Positions 48,011 to 61,700 of a stretch of DNA of 64,000 bases are shown piece by piece. The position numbers were made by a program, and so were the translations under genes. Position 1 is the stretch's first letter. Each line of letters begins with the position of its first letter. The notes under the pieces are model-generated. The model was not told the origin of the DNA. It did no database searches and saw only the letters and a program-made list of their open reading frames with translations. Source of the DNA: Camelus dromedarius (Eukaryota); contig NC_087437.1 in the NCBI RefSeq assembly GCF_036321535.1, positions 27,282,001 through 27,346,000 on the forward strand. The letters are read 5' to 3'.

Positions 48011-51000
48011 GTTAGTTTGGCTGGACTATTTTGATGTGTGAGAGTAGACAGTAGGGCCCTGAGCTAAAAGGATGGAGGGGCCATGCATGCTGAGTGAAAT
48101 GGCACAAGTGACTTCCTTGCTCCTTCCCTCTTATCAGGTCATGACTTCCCCAAACTCATTAGGTGTCCCTCCCACCCCCCACCATGCCTGCTTCGACCCA
48201 GACGGCATGCTTAGGAAGGGGGGAGAGACAGGCAGTGTTACTAGAAGGACGTGCATCAAAGACCTTTGCAGCTCTGCCGTGTGTAGGCAGGGTGATGGGA
48301 GAGAGGCAGGGTGTACAGGATGGTGACCATAGGTCACCTGGAACAGGTGGGATCAGTGGGAGACAGGAGGAAACCACGGGATGGAGCGCCAGCTCTCAGC
48401 AAGGGTCACAGAGATCTTGAGTCACAACTATTGTACCCCAAATATGTTTGAGGAGCCACCTGCTTGTTCACAGAGGTAGTTTCAACCTTCCCCCTGCAAT
48501 CCGGGTTGTATGCCTCATTTGGTCAAAAGAAACTCTGCTTTTCTAGTATACAAAGTAAGCTCAATCGCTGTTAAGCTTTTTACAAGTTTTCAATGATAAG
48601 GTCCAAATTAAAATGCTTTTTAAAGCATGACTAAGTTGCAAGCTGTGATCTGTGATTAAATTTTCTCTTTTACCTTTCAAACAAAAAATATTCCATATGT
48701 TTCCCCCAGCTTGTTGAACTGTCTTGGCAATGAAGAGCCCAGCATACCTAGGAATGATCTAGACCATATGACTCTCGGGGATCCTATTTTGATGATGCTT
48801 TGCAGAGTTTCAAACCGAAACAGAAACCCACCCACACACCCTGAGCTCAAAACCGGCATTTTTTGTCTTGATGGCTACATTTAGAATTTAAACATCATCA
48901 TTAAAATTTTACAGGTGACGTAGCAGGAAGAATTAAGCCGACCAGTTGTGTTGCCTTGAAAGGAAAACAATCCTTCATTATAATGAATGAAATTGTGTGC
49001 TAAGTATGAATGCTAGTGACCTCTAGAAAATGAACCGCTGACCCGTAAACGGATGAGAATCAGCCCAAGTAAACGAGGCAGAAGTTTTCCCAGCATAATT
49101 GTGCACACTGGCAGGGAAGAATTTTGTTATAATTAAAAGAGATAGAGTGGTCAATCGGGAACATTTAATAGGAACAACGGAACATCGCCTGACTCTTTCT
49201 TGTCCATTCTTCATCTTCACGTTATACTGTATATCTGGGTTTTAAAAGTGATACCTACATTGCACATAAAAATAACACACATAAACTGTACAGCAGAACC
49301 AGGAAAAATTCACTGAGAATATGGCACTGCCAATGGACAATTTATTCAAAGCAAATCTCCAACTAGATTTGTCTGTCTAATGTAAGATTTTCCTCACTAG
49401 GCTGGGGAAAATGATCAGAGTATCCAGGGGACGAATGCAGTTCTGTGGGATAGGCAAGGGGCTTGTTTAAACCCCACCAGCTCTATGAGTCTTCACTGAA
49501 AGCAAAGGGACACCTGATTAGAACAACTTCATAGACGGGACCAGTGTAGGACACCGTCATTGAAAACTCCCTTATTGAACCAAACACAGGGGAATGTGGC
49601 GTGTAAGGATTAAATGAGACGAAATGTGCATACTGCTTACTGTGTAATAAGTGTTTAGAAAACATATTATTGTTCTTAAACATGTCCTGTGGTATAAGTT
49701 TATCTTCATTTCACTGTACAAAATGCAAAGGCTCCAGAAAATTCCCTGTAGAGGAATTTTGCTTTTGTCTAAATTCTTTTGTGAGAAGCTTTACTCATAC
49801 TTTAGCTGCCAATGACTCATGGTTAAATCATTTCACTCATCTTTTTCCCTTTTTTGTTTTTTAATACAGTTGCAAATCGTGTGACATTCTGCTTTGTTCT
49901 CTTTTCTCCCCCCTAAGGAAAGCTAAGCAACTCTAACAGCACCGTTACCTTAATGAACTAAAGCCATTCAGTGAAAAGGGTGGCTATTCACTTTGGCAAA
50001 CCTAGTTGATAATTTCTTAAAAAGCTAAAGACTAATTCTTGGGGATTTTCTGGAGCCCTTTGCAAATTCCTATCACTTAATAACCTATATGAAAAAAAAT
50101 AACCTATGTGATTTAAAGGTTGGTGTCCAATGACTGCTAAGAAGTTATAAGGAATGTTGCAGAAATATAAATAGACCAGAATTGAAATTTAATTAGACAC
50201 TGCATATGTTAATAATAAATTCAATTAATTTAGCTTTCTACCTATGCTAGGAGAAAAAAAAACATCCAGGCGAAGTAATCATTCATTTTAAATACCTCAA
50301 TTGGTAACCCCCTTTCCTGAAGAGTGATTTATGCAGTAATTTACTGGCTGTGTCTTCATAAGATTGTTCCAAACCAGCCCGTTTGAAATAATAATAATTT
50401 CTGAATGTGTGCTGGGAGAGATACAACAAATGACTTCTTATTAATTTTCATTTAATGAGTTGCCTAGTCACATGGTAATTTTTTTTAAAATTCTGAACTT
50501 CTTAAGATAAACAGGTTGTAAATATTGTGGGTAACACTTCCAGCTCACAAATATCGTGACAGGAAAATCAGTCTCGTATTCTCTACATGATTTGAAGGTC
50601 AATCAGTGGCCAATTTTCTATACTAAATAGGCATCTAATTCTTTCCCAGTTAGGACAGCATATCATTTTAAATTTTTGTAGTCAAGTGATCCAAATTGGT
50701 TAAGGTAAAAAAAGAATATTTATCAACAGCAAAGGGCCTAGCAGGGAAAATAGGGGTGTAGACAGGAAACAAAAGTTATGTGCAAGGGGAAGAAGCAGCC
50801 AGAGTTATCGAAGCAGCCCGTGACACTGGTTCTTTATTAAAGAACGAAATAGAAATCATCTCTTACAGCTTTTCTATTTCCCCAAGTTCACCCCTTTTTA
50901 AAAAAAAGATCCCATCATTTCTTACATAAATATTAATATTTAAGAAGAATTTTAATTGCTTATCTTTTCAAAAAGTTTAACTCTGTAGCAACACATTAAC

Positions 51001-51217
51001 TATATGTTGTCAATAAAAATAGAAAGAATGGAATAATTAATAAAATTTCAAAAAAGACTAAAAACTAGGAAGAAGAAACTGCTAGGTATTTCGAATCGTT
51101 CACACCTGTTTGAAAAGTTCTGCAACAGACAGGGCAAGGCTCTTAAAAATAATTTCTTTCAACATTTGGAAGAGCATGCCTAAAGTATTAAATAATTCTA
51201 ATGCAATTGTTACTTAC

Positions 51218-51470
51218 ATGAGATCCGAAAGGGCCTGGCTCCCAACCCACACTGCCTCACGCCCTCTCCACGGAAAAGCCCGTACTGCATCTCGCCCATG
51301 AACTTGTCCAGCTCCTGCCCTGAGGCGTTGACCAGCAGAGCTCCAGTTTTGCAGAGGAAGGTGGCTTTAATCCACAAAGGTGTCCCCAGGGCTGTCACGA
51401 CTCCGAGGGCACACACGAAGCTTAATGCCCCAGCCATGCAAAAAATGACCTTCTTCTGTTGGTTTGGCAT
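51218..51470 (-). CDS. CLRN1: Clarin-1 coding exon 1 (aa 1-84 plus 1 nt)
   Basis: Reads MPNQQKKVIFCMAG...LLVNASGQELDKFMGEMQYGLF...CGLGARPFRIS, the clarin-1 N-terminus with TM1 and the N48 NAS sequon. ATG at 51470; donor T|GTAAGT at 51217; 253 nt, phase 1. Confidence 0.98.
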
Positions 51471-51760
51471 GATGAGAAGTGGCTTTTGTGAGGATGAGGT
51501 TCAAAAACAAGACCTTTGTGACTGATGAGAAGTGCCTGCCCCTTTAACTGCATTTATTATGGAAGCTGAGCGGACAGATCCCAGCTAGAACAGGCGACTT
51601 AACCATGGACGGTGTTTCTCCACAGGCTCAATGTCAGAATGTCAGGATGAAGGTGGTGTCATCACGCTTGCTTGTTTTTCTCTCCTTTTCTGCTGCTGCT
51701 TCTCTCTAATTTGAAATCTTTGGACTTAGAACCTGTAAAATAAAACTCTTTCCAACTGCC
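51471..51760 (-). promoter_or_regulatory. CLRN1: CLRN1 5' UTR / proximal promoter region containing three upstream ATGs
   Basis: Unique non-repeat sequence directly upstream of the ATG, with uATGs at 51662, 51606 and 51553. The TSS cannot be determined from sequence. Confidence 0.55.
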
Positions 51761-53842
51761 TTCAAGTATCTCCTCTTGTGTCCCTTGGTAACAGAAGTCT
51801 AAGATAACAGATGGAGTCCTCCGTGTAACTTGATAAATCCCTCCCCTTCCTCTGCCTTTTGTCCAATTGGGTGAGTTGAAACTTTCAGAAACAGGCTTGG
51901 CTCCTATGGTAAATTTTTAGCAACTTGAGAAGTTCATTTATTGGTGTGGTTTTGTTTTTGGTGGGGAGAGAAGACGAGTTTTGGCAGAGGTAGGAAGGAC
52001 ATGTATATATTGGTAATTAATTGATTTTGAAAAATGTTCACTCTAGCAGCATGAAATATTGGGCTGGACTGGATCTGCATGGACACGAAGCTCCGTGGAC
52101 CAACTGCTGGGGCTTGCCCTCCCTAACTTCTTTTCTCCCAGATCCGTGATTTAGAACCAGTGTATCAGTAGAGAGTATGATTTAAATTTTTCCTGGCACA
52201 CACAACTATGGGAATACAGATGTAAATATCTAGATTTCTATATGCTTTCCTTTAAAACATTTGGTTGCTTTGGGACAATGGCAAGGGAATGTGGTTCTGG
52301 ATCTGAGAAATACCAGAGTCTCTCAAGATGACAAAGGCATTCTCATGGGAATAACGGATCATGGTCAGACAGAAGGCACTAAGAATTCGTCACTGAAAAG
52401 CAAGGGTCCCAGCAGAGGTAATGGGTCAGGGAGACAAGAGACAAAGGCATGAGCAAGATTAAGTAGCAAAGTGAATTGAGTCAAACTTTCAAGATTTGAA
52501 AACTAGAGTTGAGAATTCAGTGACAGCTTTCTAACTCTGCATTTCCAGTGAGCTTCCTCTTTCTGCAGACAGATATAGGACTCGTGTGTGTGTGTACACC
52601 GAGTGTCTATTTATGCCGCATCCTTGTGCTAGGCCCTGACCTACAAAGTGAACTTTTAGTAAGAACTTAGTACATCTGGCACCTTGCTAAGTGTTTTACT
52701 TAAATTATTTAATTCTCACAGTTACCATATAAAGTGATGAAGAAGAAGAAGATGCTGCTGTCCCCATTTCATAGGTAAGGAAACTGAGGCTCAGAAAGAA
52801 CAAACACTTGCCCAAGAGAGTAGTGGAACTGGATTCAAATCAGGTCTTCTAATTCTGAGGTTTATGTGCTTTTCTTAGCAGCCGTTGACTTTGAAGAGAT
52901 GACAGGCTCTTCAGTGAGGGTTGGGTTGGGCTGAGAGTAACAAGGGCAGAGTGGCCCATCATTAGTTATACATCTTGGGTGCTTAGAGAACTTTTCCAGT
53001 TGGTTGAAAGTATGTGTTTTTGCTAGCTTCTGTCCTCTTGATCCACCTCTAAGTGGGGCAGCTTGGAAGAAATTAATAAGTGAAGATTCTATACCATTGT
53101 TGGCATGAATGAGTGTCTAGGTTAATAGTGCTTTGAGGAGAACCTTGAGGTATAGTCTTGGACTTCTTGGCACAGCTATCCTCTTTTGGTAGTTGCCAGA
53201 GGCTGTCTTGGTGAAGACAGACAACTAAGTATAGAACCAGTTCAAGCATGCCAATGTCCCTTCAGGGGAGGAGGCAGCAACATACGCCACGGCCACAGAA
53301 GGACAGGATATACACCGGATTCCAAAGAGGCATTCAAAAGTAGTTTCACAACGTAAGTCTGTTTCATGTAACCTGACACACGGAATATTCAGCTCATCAC
53401 AGGTGGTTTGGCTTCCCAGTGAATTCTCCACGGGATTTAGGGTAATTTCCATTATTGTGCACTAGCAAAACAAAATGGTGCCAGTGCCCCCAGTAAGCGG
53501 TTATGTGGGGGTACATGTGTCACACCCAGTCCAGAAACTTTTAGGTGTCTAAGGAGAGTTAAGCTAATTAAATCAACATATTCTGTAATTGGAGGAGACA
53601 GAACATTTCAAAGCCTGGGAGCAGAAATTACCTACAACTTAACCAATACAATTAATACCTCTACAGAAAGGACATGGTAAGAGAGGGGTAGTTAGCATAG
53701 GACATTGGCTTAATGAACAAAACCCAGCCAAGTGTATCTAAAGTTGTCTAAGAAGAAAAGCCCTGACCCCTGACTACGTGTGTGAACTGCAGTTAGATCA
53801 TGCCAGTTCTTAACTTTGCATCAGTTTATTGTGAAGTTTTCC

Positions 53843-54570
53843 AGTATGGAGATTTCTTTAAAAACTGAAAATATAGTTACCATATGATCCAGCAATCCCA
53901 CTCCTGGGCAAATATCCAAAGGAAACTCTAATTCGAAAAGATACACTCATCCTAATGTTTATAGCAGCACTATTTTCAATAGCCAAGACATGGAAGCAAC
54001 CTAAATGTCCATTGACAGATGGTTGGAAAAAGAAGTTGTGTGTATGTATATGTGTGTGTATATATATGTATACACACACACACACACATACAATGGAATA
54101 TATATTACTCAGCCATAAAAAAGAATGAAACAATGCCATTTACAGCAACATGGATGGACCTGGAGATTTTCATACTAAGTGAAATAAGTCTGGCAGAGAA
54201 AGACAAATAGCATATGTTATCATTTATATGCAGAATCTGAAAAAATGACACAAATGAACTTATTTACAAAACAGAAACAGACTCACAGGCATAGAAAACA
54301 AACTTATTGTTACCTGGGGTGGGGAAAGGGCAGGAAGAGGGATAAATTAGGAGTTTCGGATTAGCAGATCCAAACTACTATATATAAAATAGGTAAACAA
54401 CAAGGGTCCTTCTGTATAGCACAGGTAACTATATTCAATATCTTGTAATAACATATAATGCAAAAGAATATGAAAAAGTATATATGTATATGTATCACTG
54501 AATCACTATGCTGTACACCAGAAACTAACACAACATTGTAAACCGACTATACTCCAATAAAAAAAAAATA
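53843..54570 (+). mobile_element. L1 3' end with TSD
   Basis: accatatgatccagcaatcccactcctgggc...acaacattgtaaaccgactatactccaataaaaaaaa; repeat gtgaagttttcc at 53831-53842 and 54574-54585. Confidence 0.9.
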
Positions 54571-54867
54571 CAGGTGAAGTTTTCCCTGATCTATAGAAAC
54601 ATGAGAAAAATGAATATAACATAGTACATCTTTTATTCTGAAATTGTGTCCTTCCTAATTTTTGTTAAGATTTTCTTTCTTTAGTGAAATAATGGTAGGT
54701 GAATTTTTAATGTCCTTATTTGTCAAGTTAAAAAATTGGCAAACCTATGTCTGCTCCCAGTTTAAAAAAAAATCTCCTGGTCTGTGACATATAGACTGTG
54801 GATCCCCATGAGGGAAGAATGAGGCCTAAAGCCTCACAGTGGCCTGGATGACCTCTTGGCTCTAAGC

Positions 54868-55030
54868 CAGTGGTTCTTAGTTGCTCACTGAAATCACTTG
54901 AGGAGATTTTAAAAAATACTGATGTCTGGGTCCTAATCCCTGAGATTCAGATTTTTTGATTTTAGAGTATGAATTTAGTGTCGAATCACCCCAGGTGACT
55001 GCACTGTGCAGTCAAGGTTGAGAACCGGGG
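54868..55030. mobile_element. MER5A-like hAT element
   Basis: cagtggttctt...aaatcacttgaggagattttaaaaaatactgatgtctggg...cccaggtgac...aggttgagaacc. Confidence 0.7.
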
Positions 55031-57814
55031 CTCTGACCCCATTCTACCCAGCTGCCTTCTGATTACTATTGGGCTTTGCAGGTATCTCGGTGCTGGACTG
55101 TATCAGACATGGCCATCTGGTCACTAGGGAGAAAGGTTCTCATTATAAATTAATAAACTGGCACTGCCATTTATAGCTCAGACCTCCCTGAATTCTGTTC
55201 AGTGTGGAGAGCCTGATCTTGTCAAATTGTCCTGATGAGGTCAAGTTTCAGCATATCCAAGACTAAAGCCCGGGCTGTGGATCATAGCTTTACCCCAGGT
55301 CGCCATGTGAATGTCAGCGGTGGTTTCTCTTGGTTGTGAAGAGCCCCCCTGGGGTCCTGCGCCCACCTCACCTCCTCTCTGTGCAGCTCCCTTTCAAACC
55401 TCAACATCAGCCACCCACAGGCTGCATCGTAGTGTGTGTGATCCACCCTCTGAGGATGATATAATAGAACCTGGCAGTCATTATGCCTGACAGCCTTCTT
55501 TTGAAATTTCATCTTAAATGTCTTGAATGACAGTGATGACACCATTTTCCTTGCAGTCTTTCTGAGAATTTGAATCATTAATGTCAGCAAGTTTTCACCA
55601 AGTATCCTACTGAAATCTTGGCTTCTCTCAGTCTTAATAGCAATACATTTGGTGACATAAGAAAAAAGAACTAGACCTCTCCACGCTCCCCTAGGACCTT
55701 TTTTCCGGTGCTGGATGATGACATAATTCCTCAGTGTGACTAGAAACATTACCGAGAAAGGAGTACAATTGCAAATGATGTTTCTGCTTCCAATACAGCA
55801 TTTATGTCTCTTCTCACACTAACTTGGTTTCATTGGTTTTTCCTTATGGTTGTTCAAAAAAAAAAAAAAAAAAAGGGCTCCCATCCAAAGGCATGGGGAT
55901 TCTCACCAGATTTGCTGCCTAAGAGTAGGAGGCAGCGTGGCATGGTGGGGTGTGGAAAGAATGCCAGGGAGAAAGGTGTGATCTAGGGTCTGGCTCCAGG
56001 TGCATCACTAAGTTAAGAATTCTTTCATTTCTCTGGCATTTGTCTTAGTCATTTATGAAGAGTGGTCTCAGCTATACATATAGGCGATTCTCAGATTATT
56101 TTTAACTAGAGAAACCATTTCCTTAACTGAACTCTTGGGTGTAAGAAGAGATACAAATTGAGCTTTTATCCTAGGAGAGGTGGGGCTCTAGGCGCTTTGC
56201 CTCTGGGTCCCTCACTCCTTATTTCCTAACTTGTATCCCTAAAGTCAGCCCTGAGAAGCCCAGGGATAAGCACGCATCAGATGACCCTTAATTCCCTTCT
56301 AACTAAAACCTTTTTTTTTTTTTTGCAAGTTATAAAATTAAAATGTGTCCATTTGCTAGATCATTTCTCTTTTTCCCTTTGCTGCACTAACCTGTTAGGT
56401 ATTATAACGGTGCATTGCCTAGAAACACTGGATGGTTGATTATTCCAATTATTAATTTTTAGATTCTTTAGTGAATTTCTGGGTTTTGGCTGATTTGTCA
56501 CTAGTAATAGTGATTTTGATTTTCTTCCAAATGGATCATTATCCTCCAAGGCCTCTCTCAGAGAGATTCAACAAGGGTTTATCAAGCTTCCTATTCGAAG
56601 ACAAGAGGCCTTTGTGAATCTGTCCCATTTCCCTCATCTTTAAAGCAAAATCTGGCAAATTTGATTGACGTTCCTTGACTAATTCAAGTTGCTGGTGATC
56701 TTGCAGTAGCATTGTCATTCTCTAATGACTGTAAGGGGAGAGGAAAAAAAAAAAAAACTCCACAGAAAGAATTGATTGATTTATTAGGGGGAAAATTACC
56801 ACATGTGCTAGACCTTGATTGCAGCTAATATTTGTAGAGCTAATTGCTTGAACTAGAGGATTAAAAGGGTTGAGGGAAAGGAAGAAAAAGAAAACAAAGT
56901 TCTCTTGGAATACAGATGAGGCCTCCATGGACCGGGAGGGAGGATTCAGTGCGGGGGTTTTCAGGGTTGGTGATGATTGTGGGGGCATTTAGAGGAAGTG
57001 CAAGAGACGGGCTTCCTACCCGGAGCAGCCACAGAGAGACAGATGAAAGTGGAGGAAGATGCTGCCCACGGCAAATAAGATGTGTGACGTCCCCGATTTT
57101 TCTGGGTTTCTTGTTGGTATCAGAAGACTATGTTAATACTTAAACCTCAACCCCGCAGGGTGCCTGAGCTGTTGCAGAAGGAAGACACAGTCTGAGATCC
57201 CTCCTTTAATAAAAATTGATGAACCAGAGTTCTAGTGTAGGGAGATAGCAATCATTTTCCTCATTGGTATAACCTGGAATAGATGTGTCGCGATGGTAAG
57301 CTATGGAGTAGCTAATGAGTCTGTCATTACCAACTATTATTATTGTATAAATGTTTTCCTTTATGTGGGTGTGTGATACTTAAAATACTGACAATTTCCA
57401 TGATGATTTGCATCAAAATAATGTAGCAATATTAATAAAAATGTGATACGTAGAGGGGCTTACTCTGTTTCAGCTCTATTCTAAGTGCTTCTCATTTATT
57501 AATTCATTTCTTTTCAGACACAGTGGGGCAATTATTAGATTTCCTACTCCTTCTCTGTTAAGATGTTCCAGGTAGTAGGATAGCTTAATTTTTATTTGGA
57601 CAGATCACAAAGCCTCCTAAAATATTCTCAAGGTGAAGAATTGAAGAATAGTACAATTAGATGGATTTATATCTTGTCAAATCTCTAGAAACAAGGAGTG
57701 TTGACTTACAGAGCTATGCTAGCTAGAGAGATCTTTAGACTAATTCAGTCATATTTTTTTATCAGTGACTTGCATAAAAACATAGACTCTCTTCCAAAAT
57801 TTTGGCATCATACC

Positions 57815-57851
57815 AATAAAATAAAATAAAATAAAATAAAAATAAATAAAT
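57815..57851. repeat. (AAAAT)n tract
   Basis: Read directly from the sequence. Confidence 0.9.
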
Positions 57852-60269
57852 GAAAATAGGACTTCAAGAATCTTACCCCACTGCCCTGATGGTAGCCAGA
57901 AGCTTAAAAGAGAAAGCAACAAGCAGTCTTATGTATAGTAAGAAAATTTTCTTAGCTATAATCTGATGATTTTGTTCCTTATTTTTCAACATTATAGTCA
58001 TTGCCATTTAGCTTCATTTACTTTGGAACTTTGGGTGAGAATATTTAAGGAATGAACTCAAACATTTGTGGTAAAAAAAAATTTAGCTTCATAGCAAACC
58101 TTTATTTGAGTACTGACTGGGGAGAGATAGCTAACAATAACAAAAATGGAGATTCGAGATTATCTTAATAGTTTCTAAGGATGGGATGAAAGCCCCAAGA
58201 TGTCTTCAGGTTTGAAAATGTAGTTGCCTAGGGAAATTGGGGTTGGCAAGGCTTCACGTGAAAAGACAATTAGCCAGACAATGAGCTCAACAGGAGTTAA
58301 CAGTGTGAAATGACTATTGCAGGTGCTACTATGGTGTAACACGTACACCTTCGGGGCGTCTGCCCAGCCCTCAGCCCTTCCTTTGAGAAATTCCTCAACA
58401 CCCACAGATATCAACTCTGTGGCTGCCACGTTTGTACTATGTGACCCACCCTTTCTCACCTACATTGATTAGGAATAGACATCTGGACCAGTCAGAATCG
58501 GCTTCCTGGAAATTTCCAAGTGGTGTTGAGAGGCACAAGGTCAAAGCCATGCAAGCCAGTCTGCAGAGAGAGAGGAGGAAGCAGAGTCTTGCCCCACAAA
58601 GAAAGCCTTGTGTTGCCCTCCACTGCTCTAGCTGATTGCTCAGTTTTTCTACCAGCTGTCACCCGTCTCCTTCCTGGAAGTCAAATGTAGGTCTCTGCTT
58701 TCAAAGTTTTCTTAATCTTTTGCCTGTTTGCCTTCCGAAGAAAGCTCCTGGGAAGCACTGATTTAAGCCCTTCCCACCTTCTGGTTCTTGGTGTGTTGTG
58801 CCAGGTGAAACTGACTGGGACGGTCACGTGAGTGAAGGATGTGTGGTGTCAGCCATGAACCCCACGTGTGGCCCACGTGCCCACGTGTGTCAGTGCCACC
58901 CGTCTCAGTCACAGGACCTCTGTGTCCCACACGGCTCTAGCTCATGGGAGCTTTGGCTCAGGCTGGTCTTGTCTGGTCCAGGCACGAGCACTTCCCTTTC
59001 ATGCTTGCTACGCCTACAGGTGTCAAGGGCCCCACCCTCCAGTACTGGAGGGACCACAGAGGTCCTGGACTGCTGATCTTCCTGGGATTGGCTTTATGGA
59101 AAGGAACAGAAGAGGGTACAGAGGGCTGAACTGAGTCCTGGGGCACAGACAGGCAACCCTCCTGCGGGTCTGCTGCTGGTGAGGTGCTGGCTGCATCCAG
59201 TGGTGGGTCTCCCTAGCTGGCTGAGAGGATGGGATAACAGTACAGTTAGGTACAGTGATCTGGAACTTGACATCCACCCTGGCCCTAGCTCAAGTCCGTC
59301 TCCCTATTCACCCTCTCCTGAATACCAGGTCCCTTCCTCTTCTTCACCTTCCCAGCTACAGTGTCCTTTAGCAAATCTGCAAGCAGCAAGGCATGCCCTA
59401 CTCAGGTCTGATTCTTTCTGTCCAGCCCCAGGGTAGAGCACACATGAATGAATCTTTCCCATGTCTTTCCTTCTACCATAACCATTCTCTCCCCGCCTCC
59501 CACCCCTCTTTTTCTCAGTTTAATTAGAAAAATAAATATTTTGTTCACCCGTGAGATCTTGAAAAAAGTGGATATTTTTCACCTTAGCAAAACAGTCCTG
59601 TCCCCTTGGATGGTAAAGCATAGACTAGTCATTAGGGCATTAAAGTGTTAAGACTAAACACTTTAAGCCTGGTGGCCAGGAGTTTCATTAAGCTTTTGTA
59701 AAGCAAGGCAAAATTTCCAGGTTAAGAGTCTCTTTCCAGGAAATTCAGATTGAAATGAATATAAGATCTTTATTAATTTTCTGACTTCTCTGTGCATCGT
59801 CCTTATTTGAAAAATGAATCAAGGCAGATTGTAGACAAAGCAACCAAGAGGGCTATGAATGCCTTATCTTTAAGATTTTTTCCAAGATGAGCAGCCACAG
59901 ATGGATTAAGGGGTGGTGAGTGCTGGGAAAGCCAAGCTGGACTGGGAACAGTCTGTGGAATTACCATACTTAGGAGACAAAGCACTTTGACTTGTCTTGT
60001 GCTGAACATCACCAGCAAGCCAGATCAGACATGACACTGTGTCTTCAAATGATGTAAAAATGCCTGGGCACTGAGCCATGGGCACTACGGGGACTAGATG
60101 TAAATTCGATGAACCTGGGATCCTTGTGAAGGCAAACCAAGCTTCCCTTTCTGCCTTCATTTCTATTGGAATGAAAGGTAGGCTAGCCAATGACGTTTTC
60201 ATATTAATGACACAAGAAATGTTTTGTCATTATGACATTACTCTAACAAAGGTATTTTAAAAGAAGACC

Positions 60270-61370
60270 CATACCCTATTAAAAATTAATTAGAAATGAG
60301 TTATAGATCTAAATGTAGAGTCTAAAATGTAAAACTAGGAGAAAATCTTCGTAACGTCAGATCAGGTAATGATTTCTTAGACAAAAGAATGAATAAATTA
60401 AAAATTTCTATTCTTTGAAAGACATTGTAAAAAATGAAAAGATAAGCCACAGACTGGGAGAAAATGTATGAAAAATACGTATCTGATAAAGGACTTGTAT
60501 ACAGAATATTTAAAGAACTCAGTAATAAGAAAACAAACATCCTATTAAAAAAAGGGGGCAAAATATTTTAAGATACTTCATCAAAGAAGAGATGTGAGTG
60601 GCAAATAAGCCTGTGAACAGAAGCTCAGTATCTTTAGTCAAAATGAAACCACAATGGGATACCACAATCCACTCATTAAAATAAGTACAATTTAAAAAAA
60701 AAAACCTGACAATACCAAGTCCCGACAAGGATGCAGAGCAAGTGGAACTCCAATGCATGTTTGTGAGGAGGCAAAATGGCGCAGGCACTTTGGGAAAAAG
60801 TTCAGCAGTTCCTTGAAAAGTTAAACATACACTTTCAATATGTCCCAGTCATCTACTCCAAATATTTACCAAAGAGAAATGAAAGCCTACGGCTGCATAA
60901 AATCCTGCACTCAGATGTTCATAGTGGTTTAATTTATAATTGCCCCCAAATAGAAACAACTCAAATGTCCACCAGTTTGTGAATGGATAAGGAAACTGTG
61001 GTACATCTGCACAATGATGTGGTTCATCTGCACAATGAAACATCACTCAGGCGCAAAGTAGAACAAACCACTGACACATACACCAAAATGGATGAATCTC
61101 AAATGATTTTTTTTTTTTTTTTGCCAAGTGAAACAAGTCAGATTCCATTGTAAGATTTCACTTATATGACATCCGGAAAAGGCAAAACTATTGGGACTAA
61201 AACTACATCGGTGATTGTCAGGAGCTGGAGGTGGGGGTATCAACTATTGAGGGGCAGGAGGGAACTTTGGGTGGTGATTGTGGTGGGGTTGCATTCCTGA
61301 AAATTTTTCTCAAGATTTCTAGAACCATACACCTAAAAGGGAGAATTCTACTATATTGAAATTATACCTT
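60270..61370 (+). mobile_element. L1M (L1MB/MC-type) ORF2 end plus 3' UTR
   Basis: gataagccacagactgggagaaaat...atctgataaaggacttgtatacagaata...tagaaacaactcaaatgtcc...aaaagggagaattcta. Confidence 0.8.
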
Positions 61371-61539
61371 AGAATATTTTGAAATTCCACCACTCAGCAT
61401 ATAGCTCTGCATATATTTTCTTATGCAAGAAATTAAACATGAATTAACCTCTTTCTTAGACTACAAAAACAGGAAATACTAGTCCATTCAATGTTTTGTT
61501 TAACAGGAATCGTTGCTTCTAAAAGAATTGTAATTCAAG

Positions 61540-61700
61540 GGAGGAGGGTATAACTCAAGTAGTAGAATGCATGCTTAGCATGTATGAGGTCCTGGGTTCA
61601 ATCCCCAGTACTTCCTCTAAGAATAAATAAGTAAGTAAACCTAATTGCCTCCCCCCACCAAAAAGAAAAAAAAAACATTTAAAAAAATTAAAAAAAAAAA
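61540..61700 (+). mobile_element. tRNA-derived SINE (Vic-1-like) with 19-bp TSD
   Basis: A/B boxes and A-rich tail; TSD aaaagaatt(g/a)taattcaag at 61521-61539 and 61697-61715. Confidence 0.92.

Noticed and set aside
28959..51217. Equivalent of the human alternative first exon encoding MQALQQQP
   Set aside because: Not found by eye on the minus strand. The only similar string (agcaaccag|gtgag at about 31401) is on the opposite strand.
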